Shown here piece after piece: positions 1 through 8,591 of a DNA stretch of 64,000 nucleotides. This DNA comes from Acidimicrobiia bacterium (GTDB lineage Bacteria > Actinomycetota > Acidimicrobiia > Spongiisociales > ZC4RG35). A model generated the notes under the pieces. It worked only from the letters and a program-made list of their open reading frames with translations. It was not told the origin of the DNA and searched no databases. A program made the translations under genes and the position numbers. Numbering within the stretch: the stretch's first letter is position 1; each line of letters starts with the position of its first letter. Location of the stretch: NCBI GenBank assembly GCA_041747855.1, contig JBGTEJ010000050.1, forward strand, positions 30,127-94,126, in the 5' to 3' direction.

Positions 1-195
1 ATCGCCGAGGATCGACTCCAGGTCTCGTCCCGACTCACCGGGAGCCGTCTGGAGACCGAAGAGGTCCCCTTCTTGCAGGTCGACACCGGAAGCATCCATA
101 TAGGGAATCCCGTCGAACCAGGACTCGAGGAACCGGGCCACCACCCCGGTCCATTCTTCGCGTGTTGCCCCATCGGGATCGAGGTGGTCGGTCAT
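1..195 (-). CDS. 5' end of an unidentified protein-coding gene running off the left edge (partial)
   Basis: The reverse complement from the ATG at 195-193 is open to position 1 (MTDHLDPDGATREEWTGVVARFLESWFDGIPYMDASGVDLQEGDLFGLQTAPGESGRDLESILGD...). Third positions are G/C-rich and a GGAG lies about 4 nt upstream. It is absent from the ORF track because it has no stop in the window. The APGESGRDLESILGD stretch loosely resembles N-termini of group II PLP decarboxylases, but that is too weak to call. Confidence 0.45.
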   Translation of the reverse strand, partial: MTDHLDPDGATREEWTGVVARFLESWFDGIPYMDASGVDLQEGDLFGLQTAPGESGRDLESILGD

Positions 196-252
196 CGAAC
201 TCCAAGGTAATCGTCTCCGCTCTACGATCGGAACAACAATTCGAGGAGGGAT

Positions 253-1533
253 GTGAAATACGATCGTCTGCGGTTGCTCTGGCCCGATCATCTCGGTCTG
301 GCGCGGGGAAAATACCTGACCAAAGACAAGGCTGAGAAGGGGACCGCCCACTGCATCTCACTGTTCACCCTCGGATTCGACCGTGAGATGATCCCCCACG
401 ATGGCGGTCTCTTCTGGCAGGGTCTGCCGGATTGTGAGGCCAGGTTCGATCCGGCCGCGGTCCGGCCCGGGTGGGAGAAGGGCACCGCAGTGGTCGTTCC
501 CGACATCGAACGAAACCATCGTCCGGTACGGCTCGCTCCGCGGCAGGTGCTGGCAGAGGCCATCGAGAAGTGGAAGTCTCACGGGTACCAACCCATGGTC
601 GGCATCGAACTCGAGGGTTTTCTCTTCGAACCCGACGACCAGGGTGGGTGGAGACCGATCACGACACCCGGTGCATACGTGTACGGGACCGGGATGTCGG
701 TCGACCCCACAGGGGTCATCGACGAGATCATGGAAACATCCGATCGGGTGGGGATCCCCCTGGAATCGGTCAACAGCGAGTATGACAACGGCCAGTTCGA
801 ACTCACCCTCGCTTACACCGATGCGATGAGGGCGGCCGACGATGCCTTCCTCTTCAAGGTCATGGCCAGGGAGATCGCAGCAAAGAAAGGTCTCCGCCTC
901 ACCTTCCTAGGCAAACCGATCAACGGTCGGGGAGGTTCTGGGTTTCATGTCAACCTGTCGATGCGTGACGGAGATGGTCACAACGTCTTCAGTGACGAGA
1001 GTGCTGAGGACGGTCTCAGCGAGCTGGCCAAGGCCAACATCGCCGGGATGATGAAGCATCATGTCGGGATGGCCGCGGTCCTGGCCCCAACAGTCAACGC
1101 ATACAAGCGTCTACAGCCCGGCTCTTTGTGCGGTTACTGGGCCAACTGGGGTTACGACCATCGTGGGGTGACGGTCAGGATCCCCCCGGCGCGCGGAGAA
1201 GGCACCCGACTCGAGCATCGGCTAGCCGACGGGTCGGTGACACCACATCAAGGCATCGCAGCGGTCCTTACCGCCGGTCTGCTCGGTCATGAGAAGGGCT
1301 ACGAGTTGCCTCCGGTCGAGGTCCTCGACTGCATCGAGAAGGCGGGGACCGATATCGTCGCCCCGACCTCACTGTCCCATGCGCTCGACGAACTGGTGGC
1401 CGACCAGACCTTCGTGGAGGCCTTCGGCGCCGAATTCATCGACGGCTTCGTCACGGTGAAGCGGGCCGAATGGGACCGTTACCAGCGCTGGACCACAGAC
1501 TGGGAATTCAACGAGTACTTCCCGTTCCTGTGA
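253..1533 (+). CDS. Glutamine synthetase family protein (GS-like gamma-glutamyl ligase; substrate unknown)
   Basis: This is a 426-aa ORF with a GTG start 3-4 nt after GAGGAGGG. It carries GS catalytic-domain motifs: IELEGFLF, NSEYDNGQFELTL, GSGFHVNLS, NAYKRL and RIP...RLEHRLAD. Its size and lack of an adenylylation loop fit the PuuA/GlnA2-4-like ligases rather than housekeeping GlnA. Confidence 0.85.
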   Translation: MKYDRLRLLWPDHLGLARGKYLTKDKAEKGTAHCISLFTLGFDREMIPHDGGLFWQGLPDCEARFDPAAVRPGWEKGTAVVVPDIERNHRPVRLAPRQVLAEAIEKWKSHGYQPMVGIELEGFLFEPDDQGGWRPITTPGAYVYGTGMSVDPTGVIDEIMETSDRVGIPLESVNSEYDNGQFELTLAYTDAMRAADDAFLFKVMAREIAAKKGLRLTFLGKPINGRGGSGFHVNLSMRDGDGHNVFSDESAEDGLSELAKANIAGMMKHHVGMAAVLAPTVNAYKRLQPGSLCGYWANWGYDHRGVTVRIPPARGEGTRLEHRLADGSVTPHQGIAAVLTAGLLGHEKGYELPPVEVLDCIEKAGTDIVAPTSLSHALDELVADQTFVEAFGAEFIDGFVTVKRAEWDRYQRWTTDWEFNEYFPFL

Positions 1534-2318
1534 TGAGTGGCTTCCTGTTCCCCCGGACATCATCGGGCCGGTCATCACTGATACCGGAGCCGCCGTGGCA
1601 CTACTCCGGTGAGATGCTCACCGTCGAGTACCGCACCGACCCCGAACGGGTCGCCGAGTTGCTCCCTGAGGGCGTAAAGTTGGCCTCCGACGATCCAGGT
1701 GCGGTGGCCCTGATCTGGGCCGACTGGCAGAGTTGTGGCGACACCTTCGAGGAGACACTCGACCCTGTGCGCGGGCAGTACAAGGAGTGCTTCGTGGTCA
1801 TCAGATGCGAATGGGATGAGGCCACCTGGTCACGCTGCCCGTACATCTGGGTGGACAAGGATTTCGCATTGGTCCGTGGCTATCACCAGGGCTATCCAAA
1901 GAAGCTCGGCGATATCTGGATGACACGACCGGTCACTGTGGGCCGCGCCGGGCCCAGGTTGGAGTCTGGGGGCCGGTTCGGAGCCACCCTGTCGGCCTCG
2001 GGGAGGAGACTGGCCGAGGCCAGGGTCACACTGACCGGTCCCGCCGAGTCTGCCGGTTTCGTCAACGGTCATCCCATGCTCCACAACCGCTACTGGCCGG
2101 CGATCGAGTCCGATGGGACCGCCTCGATGGACGAGTTGGTGACGATGCGTGGATACGACGGGGAGGTCGCCGACGTCTGGGCGGGGGATGCCGAGCTGAG
2201 CCTCTTCGAGTCACCGACGGAGGAGATGTCGCTTCTCGAGCCGATCGAGATCATTGGCGGCTACTACCACAAGGTGGGAGTGTCCTGGAGGGCTGGTAGG
2301 ACTCTGTCACCCCGTTGA
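1533..2318 (+). CDS. Acetoacetate decarboxylase (ADC) family protein
   Basis: The PPWHYSGEMLTVEYRTDPERV...YKECFVVI...YIWVDKDFALVRG pattern is typical of the ADC-like beta-cone family. I place the start at the ATG at 1533, which overlaps the upstream stop (TGATG). The ORF-track start at 1470 would overlap the GS-like gene by 64 nt. Confidence 0.75.
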   Translation: MSGFLFPRTSSGRSSLIPEPPWHYSGEMLTVEYRTDPERVAELLPEGVKLASDDPGAVALIWADWQSCGDTFEETLDPVRGQYKECFVVIRCEWDEATWSRCPYIWVDKDFALVRGYHQGYPKKLGDIWMTRPVTVGRAGPRLESGGRFGATLSASGRRLAEARVTLTGPAESAGFVNGHPMLHNRYWPAIESDGTASMDELVTMRGYDGEVADVWAGDAELSLFESPTEEMSLLEPIEIIGGYYHKVGVSWRAGRTLSPR

Positions 2319-2321
2319 CGA

Positions 2322-3815
2322 CTACGTCCCTGCGGTCCCCCCACCTTCGTGGGGGGACACCGTGTTCTCGGCGATCTGGAGGGTCTTGAGGTCGGAGTGG
2401 AATTCGAGGGCGTAGTCGCCACCCTCTCTGCCGATCCCGGATATCCCGATCCCGCCGAAGGGTGCGGTCAGGTCGCGGACCAGGAAGGTGTTGACCCAAG
2501 TTGTGCCGGCGCGCACTGCCTCACCAACCCGGTTGGCCCTCGCCTCCGACCCGGTGTAGATGATCCCCGATAGCCCATAACGGGTGGAGTTGGCCAGTTC
2601 GATGGCCTGGGCCTCATCGGAGAACGTCTGGTAGGTGAGGACCGGTCCGAACACCTCGCGTTGGACAATTTCGGAGTGATTCGACTCGGGCTCGATCAAG
2701 GTGGGCAGATACCACAGGCCGTCTTCCTTCCAACGTTCCCCACCACGCACCACCCTGTCGCCCGACTCACGGGCGCGTTCGACAAACCCTTCGACCCGTT
2801 TCAGGTGTTGGGGATGAATCAGGGGGGAGATGGTGGTGGCCGGGGAGCGACTGTCTCCGACCACGTGCTTGTCGGTGTAGTGGTGGAACAGCTCGAGGAA
2901 CTCCGGGCCGGCGGTCTCCTCCACGATGAGTCGTGTGCCGGCCAGGCAGACCTGCCCGCCATCGTCGTACATGACCGCGGCCTTCCTGGCTGCCGCGTCG
3001 AGGTCGGCATCGGAGAAGACCATGAATGGCCCCTTGCCGCCGAGTTCGGCTGTGAACGGGACGATGTTCCTCGCTGCCGCCTCACCGACATGTCGGGCGG
3101 TCTCGGGCGAGCCGGTGAGTGAAATTCTCCGAACCCTCCGGTCATTCACCAGGGCGGCACCAACCTCTTCGCCGATCCCCTGAACGATGTTGAGGACACC
3201 CGGTGGCATCCCCGCCTCCTCGGCCAGGTCGGCGAGCAGGGAGGCACTCAGAGGAGACCATTCGGCCGGTTTGAGTATCACCGTGTTGCCGGCCGCCAAC
3301 GCGGGTGCGATCTTCCAGGTCGAGAGAATCCATGGGGCGTTCCACGGGGTGATGATCACCGCGGGACCGGCAGGCATACGGATCACCCGGTTGGCGGTGC
3401 CTTTGGAGCTCCATCGCCTCTCCTCGTGCCCCACTGCCAGGTCCGCATAGTTGCGAAAGTTCTCGGCACCACGATGGATCACCCTGGCCTCGAGACTCTC
3501 CAGGAGCATCGCCATGTCGACACATTCGACGATCGCCAGATCGGAGATGTTGTCGTCGATCAGGTCGGCCAGTTGGTGGAGGATGGCCGCCCGTGAGTCC
3601 GCACGCTTCGCGGCCCAATCCGGGAACGCCTTCACCGCAGCGGTGACCGCGACATCGGCAGTGAGTGCATCGCCTCTAGCTACTTCTGCGAGCTTCCAGT
3701 CCCAGTCGAGTGGGGAACGCACCTCGAACCGCTTGGCTGACGGGACCCTTTGGCCCCCGATGTAGTGGTCCGGGGAGACGGCCACCGAGGTGATCTCGGC
3801 ACGGGTCGAAGGCAT
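2322..3815 (-). CDS. hpaE: NAD-dependent aldehyde dehydrogenase, 5-carboxymethyl-2-hydroxymuconate semialdehyde dehydrogenase-like
   Basis: ALDH motifs are present: PWNAPW, catalytic Glu in ELGGKGP and catalytic Cys in GQVCLAG. The C-terminus VRDLTAPFGGIGISGIGREGGDYALEF closely resembles my recollection of E. coli HpaE/HpcC. The start is trimmed to MPSTRAE (ATG 3815) with GAGGAG upstream; the longer track ORF (to 3959) would overlap the divergent gene. Confidence 0.8.
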   Translation of the reverse strand: MPSTRAEITSVAVSPDHYIGGQRVPSAKRFEVRSPLDWDWKLAEVARGDALTADVAVTAAVKAFPDWAAKRADSRAAILHQLADLIDDNISDLAIVECVDMAMLLESLEARVIHRGAENFRNYADLAVGHEERRWSSKGTANRVIRMPAGPAVIITPWNAPWILSTWKIAPALAAGNTVILKPAEWSPLSASLLADLAEEAGMPPGVLNIVQGIGEEVGAALVNDRRVRRISLTGSPETARHVGEAAARNIVPFTAELGGKGPFMVFSDADLDAAARKAAVMYDDGGQVCLAGTRLIVEETAGPEFLELFHHYTDKHVVGDSRSPATTISPLIHPQHLKRVEGFVERARESGDRVVRGGERWKEDGLWYLPTLIEPESNHSEIVQREVFGPVLTYQTFSDEAQAIELANSTRYGLSGIIYTGSEARANRVGEAVRAGTTWVNTFLVRDLTAPFGGIGISGIGREGGDYALEFHSDLKTLQIAENTVSPHEGGGTAGT

Positions 3816-3909
3816 CAGGAAGGTCTCCTCGGGTCTTGCGGTTGCGGAGACCCAGGATAAACCCGGTGCGGTTAGGCTGGTGCTCCAGGAACCTGAACGA
3901 GGAGAACTT

Positions 3910-4785
3910 ATGGGTGAGATCGTCGGGGCAGGGCTGATCAGCCACGCTCCAACCATCATGCTCGACGAGAACGTCCGCTACGAGCTCAACGACGGCAAGG
4001 AAATCAGCCTCGTGCCAGGTTTGAACCGGTTGCGGGAGGACGTGTTGGCCCCTCTGGCTGCCGATACGATGGTCATCGTCGACTCGCACTGGTTCACCAC
4101 CATCGAGCATGTCATATCGGCCCATGCCGGCCGGGCGGGTCATATGACCTCCTCCGAACTGCCACGTGGGATGGCCGCGGTCCCGTACGACTACCAGGGT
4201 GATCCGGAATTGGCCTTGCTGGCCGCGACGCTCGGGGAGGAGTTGGGCACCCCAACCCATGCCACCGTCGACGAGCACCTGCCCGTTTACTACGCCACAG
4301 TCAACCTGGTCCACTACCTGAGGACCGGTGAGAAAGTGGTCTCGGTATCTGTTGTCCAGACGGGTGAACCCGACGACTTCCTGACGATGGGAGAGGCCAT
4401 CGGTGAAGCCGTGAGTCGTCTCGATCGGCGTGTGGTGGTACTCGCCTCGGGAGGAATGAGCCACACATTCTGGCCGCTCAAACAGATCACGAAACACGAG
4501 GCCTCGGACCCGGTCCACATCTTCACACCTGAAGCGAGGGAAGCAGACGAGACCCGACTGGAATGGATGAAGGCGGGGGACCATCGGAGGGTCGTCGACG
4601 GGATGGAGGATTACTACCGATACGCACCCGAAGGCAATTTCGGCCACTATCTCATGATGCTCGGGGCCATCGGTGGTGCCGACTGCATCGCCAGGGGCGA
4701 GTTGTACTCCGACTATGAGAATGCCACCGGGACGGGTCAGGTCCATGTCTGGTTCGACCGTCCGCAAGACGGCTGGACCGGCTAG
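3910..4785 (+). CDS. hpaD: LigB-type extradiol dioxygenase, homoprotocatechuate (3,4-dihydroxyphenylacetate) 2,3-dioxygenase-like
   Basis: The ATG at 3910 is preceded by GAGGAG. The blocks DSHW, SSELP, YDYQGDPELA, VVSVSV, VVVLASGGMSHTF, PEGNFGHYLMMLGAIG and ATGTGQVHVWF are colinear with my recollection of E. coli HpcB/HpaD (class III extradiol dioxygenase). Confidence 0.8.
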   Translation: MGEIVGAGLISHAPTIMLDENVRYELNDGKEISLVPGLNRLREDVLAPLAADTMVIVDSHWFTTIEHVISAHAGRAGHMTSSELPRGMAAVPYDYQGDPELALLAATLGEELGTPTHATVDEHLPVYYATVNLVHYLRTGEKVVSVSVVQTGEPDDFLTMGEAIGEAVSRLDRRVVVLASGGMSHTFWPLKQITKHEASDPVHIFTPEAREADETRLEWMKAGDHRRVVDGMEDYYRYAPEGNFGHYLMMLGAIGGADCIARGELYSDYENATGTGQVHVWFDRPQDGWTG

Positions 4786-4860
4786 ACACCGGTCGGGCCG
4801 GGGATGCCCTTCCCGGGCCAATTCCAGGGACTTCGACCACCCCGTGCCAGAATCCCCTGA

Positions 4861-6342
4861 GTGGTAGCAGTCAGGCTCACTTCGGGATTTGGGGATGATC
4901 TAGCCCGTCTCGCCTCTGCTTTGGAGGACATGGACCTGAAGTCCGCCCCCTTTCTCGGTAAGGATGCCGACAGGGAGCGCGATCGGCTCACCAGGACTAT
5001 CCGGTCCTATCTGATTCCCCGTGTCGAGAATCCCGACGCCCCGTTTCTGGTGGTGGTCGCCGGACCCACAGGATCGGGAAAGTCAACCTTGGTCAACAGT
5101 CTCGCCGGGATGAATCTGGCCGATACCGGTGCGGTTCGCCCCACGACCAGGTCCCCGCTCATCCTCACCGGGACCGACCCGTCGACGTCTGAAGTGAGCG
5201 TGGGTGGTGTGGACTGCAGGGTGGCGGTGGGCAAAGCCCCGATCCTGAAGCACATGAGTCTGGTCGATACGCCGGATATCGACTCCACGGCATCGAGACA
5301 TAGGGAGATGGCGGAGACCCTCGTCGACCATGCCGATGTCGTGGTGTTCGTCACGTCAGCGATCCGTTATGCCGATCAGGTCCCGTGGGAGGTCTTGCGA
5401 AGGGCGAGGTCCCGTGGCGCAGTGGTCATCCCGGTCCTGAACAGGGTAGGCCCTGACGGGTCGGCGGCCGCCCATGACTTCGGGCGTCGTCTGGGCGACG
5501 CCGGTCTTGACGACCATCCGGTCCGTGTTCCCGAGCATCATCTCGGCGAGGGTGCGACAAAGGTCCCCTCTCTGGCCGTCCGCGAACTCAAGAAGCGTCT
5601 CTATGCCGTGGCCAGGGACAGATCCAGGCATCAGAGGGCAGTGGTCAACAGGGTGCTCAACTCCACCAGCAACCAAATACGGACCCTCACCGCCAGTGTG
5701 ACCTCGCTGGCCGCCGAGTTGGACGCGATCGAGTCGGCAGTTGCAACCGGAATAACTGAGGCCGCCAACCTCCCCGAGCGAAACCGTCCCTGGGCCTCCT
5801 TCCCGCTGCCGCCATGTCCGGAGGGCAGACGAAGGGCCAGGCAATGGATGAAGAAGAGTGATCCGAAGGAGTTGGAGTTGGGGGTCTGGGAAGGCCAGGT
5901 GGAAGCCCGTCTCGTTGCCGAGTTGCACACTCGACTCATGGAGGCGATCCGTCATCACGCAGGACCGGTGAGGGGTGTCAACCCCAGGGCGGTGACGGCC
6001 GTCCTGGCGGACGCACGGGCTCTTTTGGAAGAAGCCGTCGATGGATGGGTGGAACAAACCCACGAACGTGCCAAAGCCCTTCCTCATCCGCGACTGGCCT
6101 CGGCAAGTCTCACCTCTGCGGCCCTCACGGGCAACGGGCACCAGGTGGCAATCGTGCTCGGCCCGGACCCGGCGATTTCTGCTGTGAGAAAGGACCTTCA
6201 GGAGAGGCTGGATGTGGTGTTCGGTCATCTCGTTGTCCGACTCGTCGAGGCATGGCGTCACTCGGTCGGGGATCCAGCGGTGGATGAAGTGGCTGGGAGG
6301 CTCGCCGCGGTGATGACCGCCTACCAGTTCGCTGATGCATGA
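4861..6342 (+). CDS. Large P-loop GTPase, dynamin/HSR1-like (first of a tandem pair)
   Basis: An N-terminal helix (RTIRSYLIPRV) is followed by the P-loop VVVAGPTGSGKSTLVNSL and G3-like LVDTPDIDS. A roughly 260-aa helical C-terminal region follows with no TM segment. The GTG start at 4861 is uncertain. Confidence 0.75.
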   Translation: MVAVRLTSGFGDDLARLASALEDMDLKSAPFLGKDADRERDRLTRTIRSYLIPRVENPDAPFLVVVAGPTGSGKSTLVNSLAGMNLADTGAVRPTTRSPLILTGTDPSTSEVSVGGVDCRVAVGKAPILKHMSLVDTPDIDSTASRHREMAETLVDHADVVVFVTSAIRYADQVPWEVLRRARSRGAVVIPVLNRVGPDGSAAAHDFGRRLGDAGLDDHPVRVPEHHLGEGATKVPSLAVRELKKRLYAVARDRSRHQRAVVNRVLNSTSNQIRTLTASVTSLAAELDAIESAVATGITEAANLPERNRPWASFPLPPCPEGRRRARQWMKKSDPKELELGVWEGQVEARLVAELHTRLMEAIRHHAGPVRGVNPRAVTAVLADARALLEEAVDGWVEQTHERAKALPHPRLASASLTSAALTGNGHQVAIVLGPDPAISAVRKDLQERLDVVFGHLVVRLVEAWRHSVGDPAVDEVAGRLAAVMTAYQFADA

Positions 6343-7534
6343 GCCCCTGACCGACCTGCTGGAGCGGGCAGAACTGGCCGTCTCGGCCTCCCGGGGTTTC
6401 GTCGAACCAGAACAGCTCGACAGGATCGCCACTGTGGTCGCAAATGGCAGGGTCCGACTCCACTACCCCGAAGAGGTGAAGGTGGTCGCCCTCGCCGGTG
6501 GCACCGGTTCGGGCAAGTCGTCCATCTTCAACGCTCTCACTGCCACCGACGCTGCGGAAGTGGGTGTGACGCGTCCGGTCACCTCCACACCCCTGGCCTC
6601 GGTCCCAACCCGCCACGCAGTCGCCATGGGGCGGTTCCTGGCTGAGATCGGTGTCGACCGGACCATCGAGGTTGATCGGTGGGCCGGCATGTGCCTCATC
6701 GATCTCCCCGATACCGACAGTGTCGAACTGGACCATCGTCACCGAGTGGAGAGTGTGCTCCCAAGAGTGGATGCAATGGTATGGGTGGTTGATCCTGAGA
6801 AGTACCGCGACGCTGCGCTTCACCACAGGTATCTCAAGCCGTTGGTCGACTACGCCCCACAACTTGTCCTCGTCCTCAATCAGATCGACAAGCTCGGACC
6901 AGAAGATGTTGCCCCGGTACTCGCCGATCTCCGTCAGGCGCTGATCGACGATGGTTTGGGAGACGTGCCCCTGGTCCCCACGGCGGCGTCGCCAGTGTCC
7001 GGACCGCCTGTTGGCATGGAAGAACTGGAGTCAGTCCTGGTCTCGATGATCGAAGATCCCGAGATTCTCTATACCAAGCTTCTCACCGATCTGGAGACGG
7101 CGGGATTGGACCTCGGCATCTCGCTCGGGCCATCAATTCCGTACCGCGGGCCAGCCGAAACGGTCGTGCGAAGTTCTTCGGACAAGTTGGCTGCCGCTGG
7201 AGTCTCGGAGGCGGTTGCCGATCTGACGTGGTTCCTGGAGGAGCTTGCAACCGAAGTCGGCGGAGACGCAGCGGACGAGATCCGGGGGACTGCGGCCTCT
7301 CTGCCCGAGGCGGTCGTGGAGATGGCCGAGGAATTACGACCCGTTCCGGTCCGTCGGCGATGGTGGGATCGCCAGCCCGAGGTGGTTTCCGACCCGGTTC
7401 CCGAATATGTCTCGCGAATATCCGATCTGATCGCACCGGTCGGGAGTGTCATGGAGCGACGAGCCAGGGCGATCGCAGCCGCCACGGATCTCGTCATCGT
7501 GGCCAGTTCGGTGGCGGCCAAATCCGACCGGTGA
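6335..7534 (+). CDS. Large P-loop GTPase, dynamin/HSR1-like (second of a tandem pair)
   Basis: The start overlaps the upstream stop (ATGCATGA, 6335-6342). It has the P-loop ALAGGTGSGKSSIFNAL, G3 LIDLPDTDS and G4-like LNQIDK, followed by a roughly 200-aa helical tail. Confidence 0.8.
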   Translation: MHEPLTDLLERAELAVSASRGFVEPEQLDRIATVVANGRVRLHYPEEVKVVALAGGTGSGKSSIFNALTATDAAEVGVTRPVTSTPLASVPTRHAVAMGRFLAEIGVDRTIEVDRWAGMCLIDLPDTDSVELDHRHRVESVLPRVDAMVWVVDPEKYRDAALHHRYLKPLVDYAPQLVLVLNQIDKLGPEDVAPVLADLRQALIDDGLGDVPLVPTAASPVSGPPVGMEELESVLVSMIEDPEILYTKLLTDLETAGLDLGISLGPSIPYRGPAETVVRSSSDKLAAAGVSEAVADLTWFLEELATEVGGDAADEIRGTAASLPEAVVEMAEELRPVPVRRRWWDRQPEVVSDPVPEYVSRISDLIAPVGSVMERRARAIAAATDLVIVASSVAAKSDR

Positions 7535-7624
7535 CCTGAGACGATGGCGGCGCGGCTGGACTTGGAGGGCATCGAGATTCCGTTCCCTCGACTCACCACT
7601 CACCGCGCCAACCGAGACCCAGTC

Positions 7625-8557
7625 TCAGATGGTCGTCTCCGGCCCGGTCAGGACACGTAGCGCCCCTGGGGTCCAGCTCACATGGCCACTATCGACCATG
7701 CCGAGGGCCTCCCCGTCGGCCTGGACTGCGATCGGGGGATCGGCGGAGAATTCGAAAGCTGAGACACCTTCCCACAGGTCGATACCCGGCACTTTCGCCA
7801 GTTTGCGACCAAACATGACCGTGGCGGCGATCCTTGGAACCCTTCTCCGTTTCAGGCGCTCGACTGTCAGCACAGTCATCGGATCGGGGGTTTCAGGACC
7901 CAACCGGAGCGGTATCTTCCCGAAGTAGGTGTAGATCTCCCGGAACTGGACCATCGCCGCCGACACCTTCCCGTGTCCGCCTTCCATACGCATGTCAACG
8001 TGGGGCTTCTTGGAGGCGTACTTTCCCATGGCCACTCCGAAAGCGGTCCGGGCGTAGTGGATCGAGCCGAATCGGTACTTGCGGTACGGCTCCTGATCGG
8101 CGCGTGACACGACTTCGGCGTCCAGTCCGAACCCGGCCGCGAAGAGGGCGTGGTGGGTGGTGGCCAGGCTGCCCCTGCGGAGCACGAGAGTGGCTACCCC
8201 TATCGAGGCTGGCTCCGGATTACTGGAGATCAGCTTCGCGGCCCGCGCCGGCCGGGAGGGAACATCCAGCAGGCGTGCGATCACATTGGTGGTACCTGCG
8301 GGGATGATGCCCAACGCAGTCGCTGATCCGACCAAACCGTTGCCCACATGGTGGACCATCCCATCCCCACCCATGGCCACCACGACATCGATCTCCCGGG
8401 AGACGGCTTCGGCGGCAGCCTCGGTCGCCTCGCCGGCCGACGCCGGCCACATCGCTTCGACGTCACTGTGGGTGGAGAGGACGGACATGACGTCTCGATG
8501 TGCGCCTCCGGTGAACTGTGAAGCGACCGGATTGGAGATGACTACGACACGAACCAC
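7625..8557 (-). CDS. Diacylglycerol kinase catalytic-domain lipid kinase (YegS/BmrU/Rv2252-like)
   Basis: The protein has a VVVISNP N-terminus, the GGDGMVHHVGNGL nucleotide-binding motif and PAGTTN. The start is GTG. Confidence 0.8.
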   Translation of the reverse strand: MVRVVVISNPVASQFTGGAHRDVMSVLSTHSDVEAMWPASAGEATEAAAEAVSREIDVVVAMGGDGMVHHVGNGLVGSATALGIIPAGTTNVIARLLDVPSRPARAAKLISSNPEPASIGVATLVLRRGSLATTHHALFAAGFGLDAEVVSRADQEPYRKYRFGSIHYARTAFGVAMGKYASKKPHVDMRMEGGHGKVSAAMVQFREIYTYFGKIPLRLGPETPDPMTVLTVERLKRRRVPRIAATVMFGRKLAKVPGIDLWEGVSAFEFSADPPIAVQADGEALGMVDSGHVSWTPGALRVLTGPETTI

Positions 8558-8591
8558 AACGCCGGAGGCTACAGCGGTACGCTGGTTGTCT

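Noticed and set aside
3676-4821. A 381-aa minus-strand ORF covers the whole dioxygenase gene.
   Set aside because: It is a shadow ORF antisense to a gene with strong family motifs. It is Arg/Pro/Gly-rich and has no recognisable motifs.
5356-6432. A 358-aa minus-strand ORF lies opposite the first GTPase gene.
   Set aside because: It is a high-GC antisense shadow frame with no motifs. The plus-strand frame carries a clear P-loop GTPase.
4861-7534. I considered calling the tandem GTPases an Eleos (LeoA/LeoBC) anti-phage system.
   Set aside because: Only the generic tandem-GTPase architecture matches. The proteins are much shorter than the Leo proteins I remember, the flanks are metabolic genes, and no other defence or mobile genes are nearby. 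It is kept as a finding but not as a defence call.
8157-8591. The ADP-ribosylglycohydrolase-like ORF has a long 5' extension.
   Set aside because: The extension is antisense to the 5' half of the DAG-kinase-family gene, and it has no ARH-family similarity upstream of about 8640. The start was moved to GTG 8592, but it remains uncertain.
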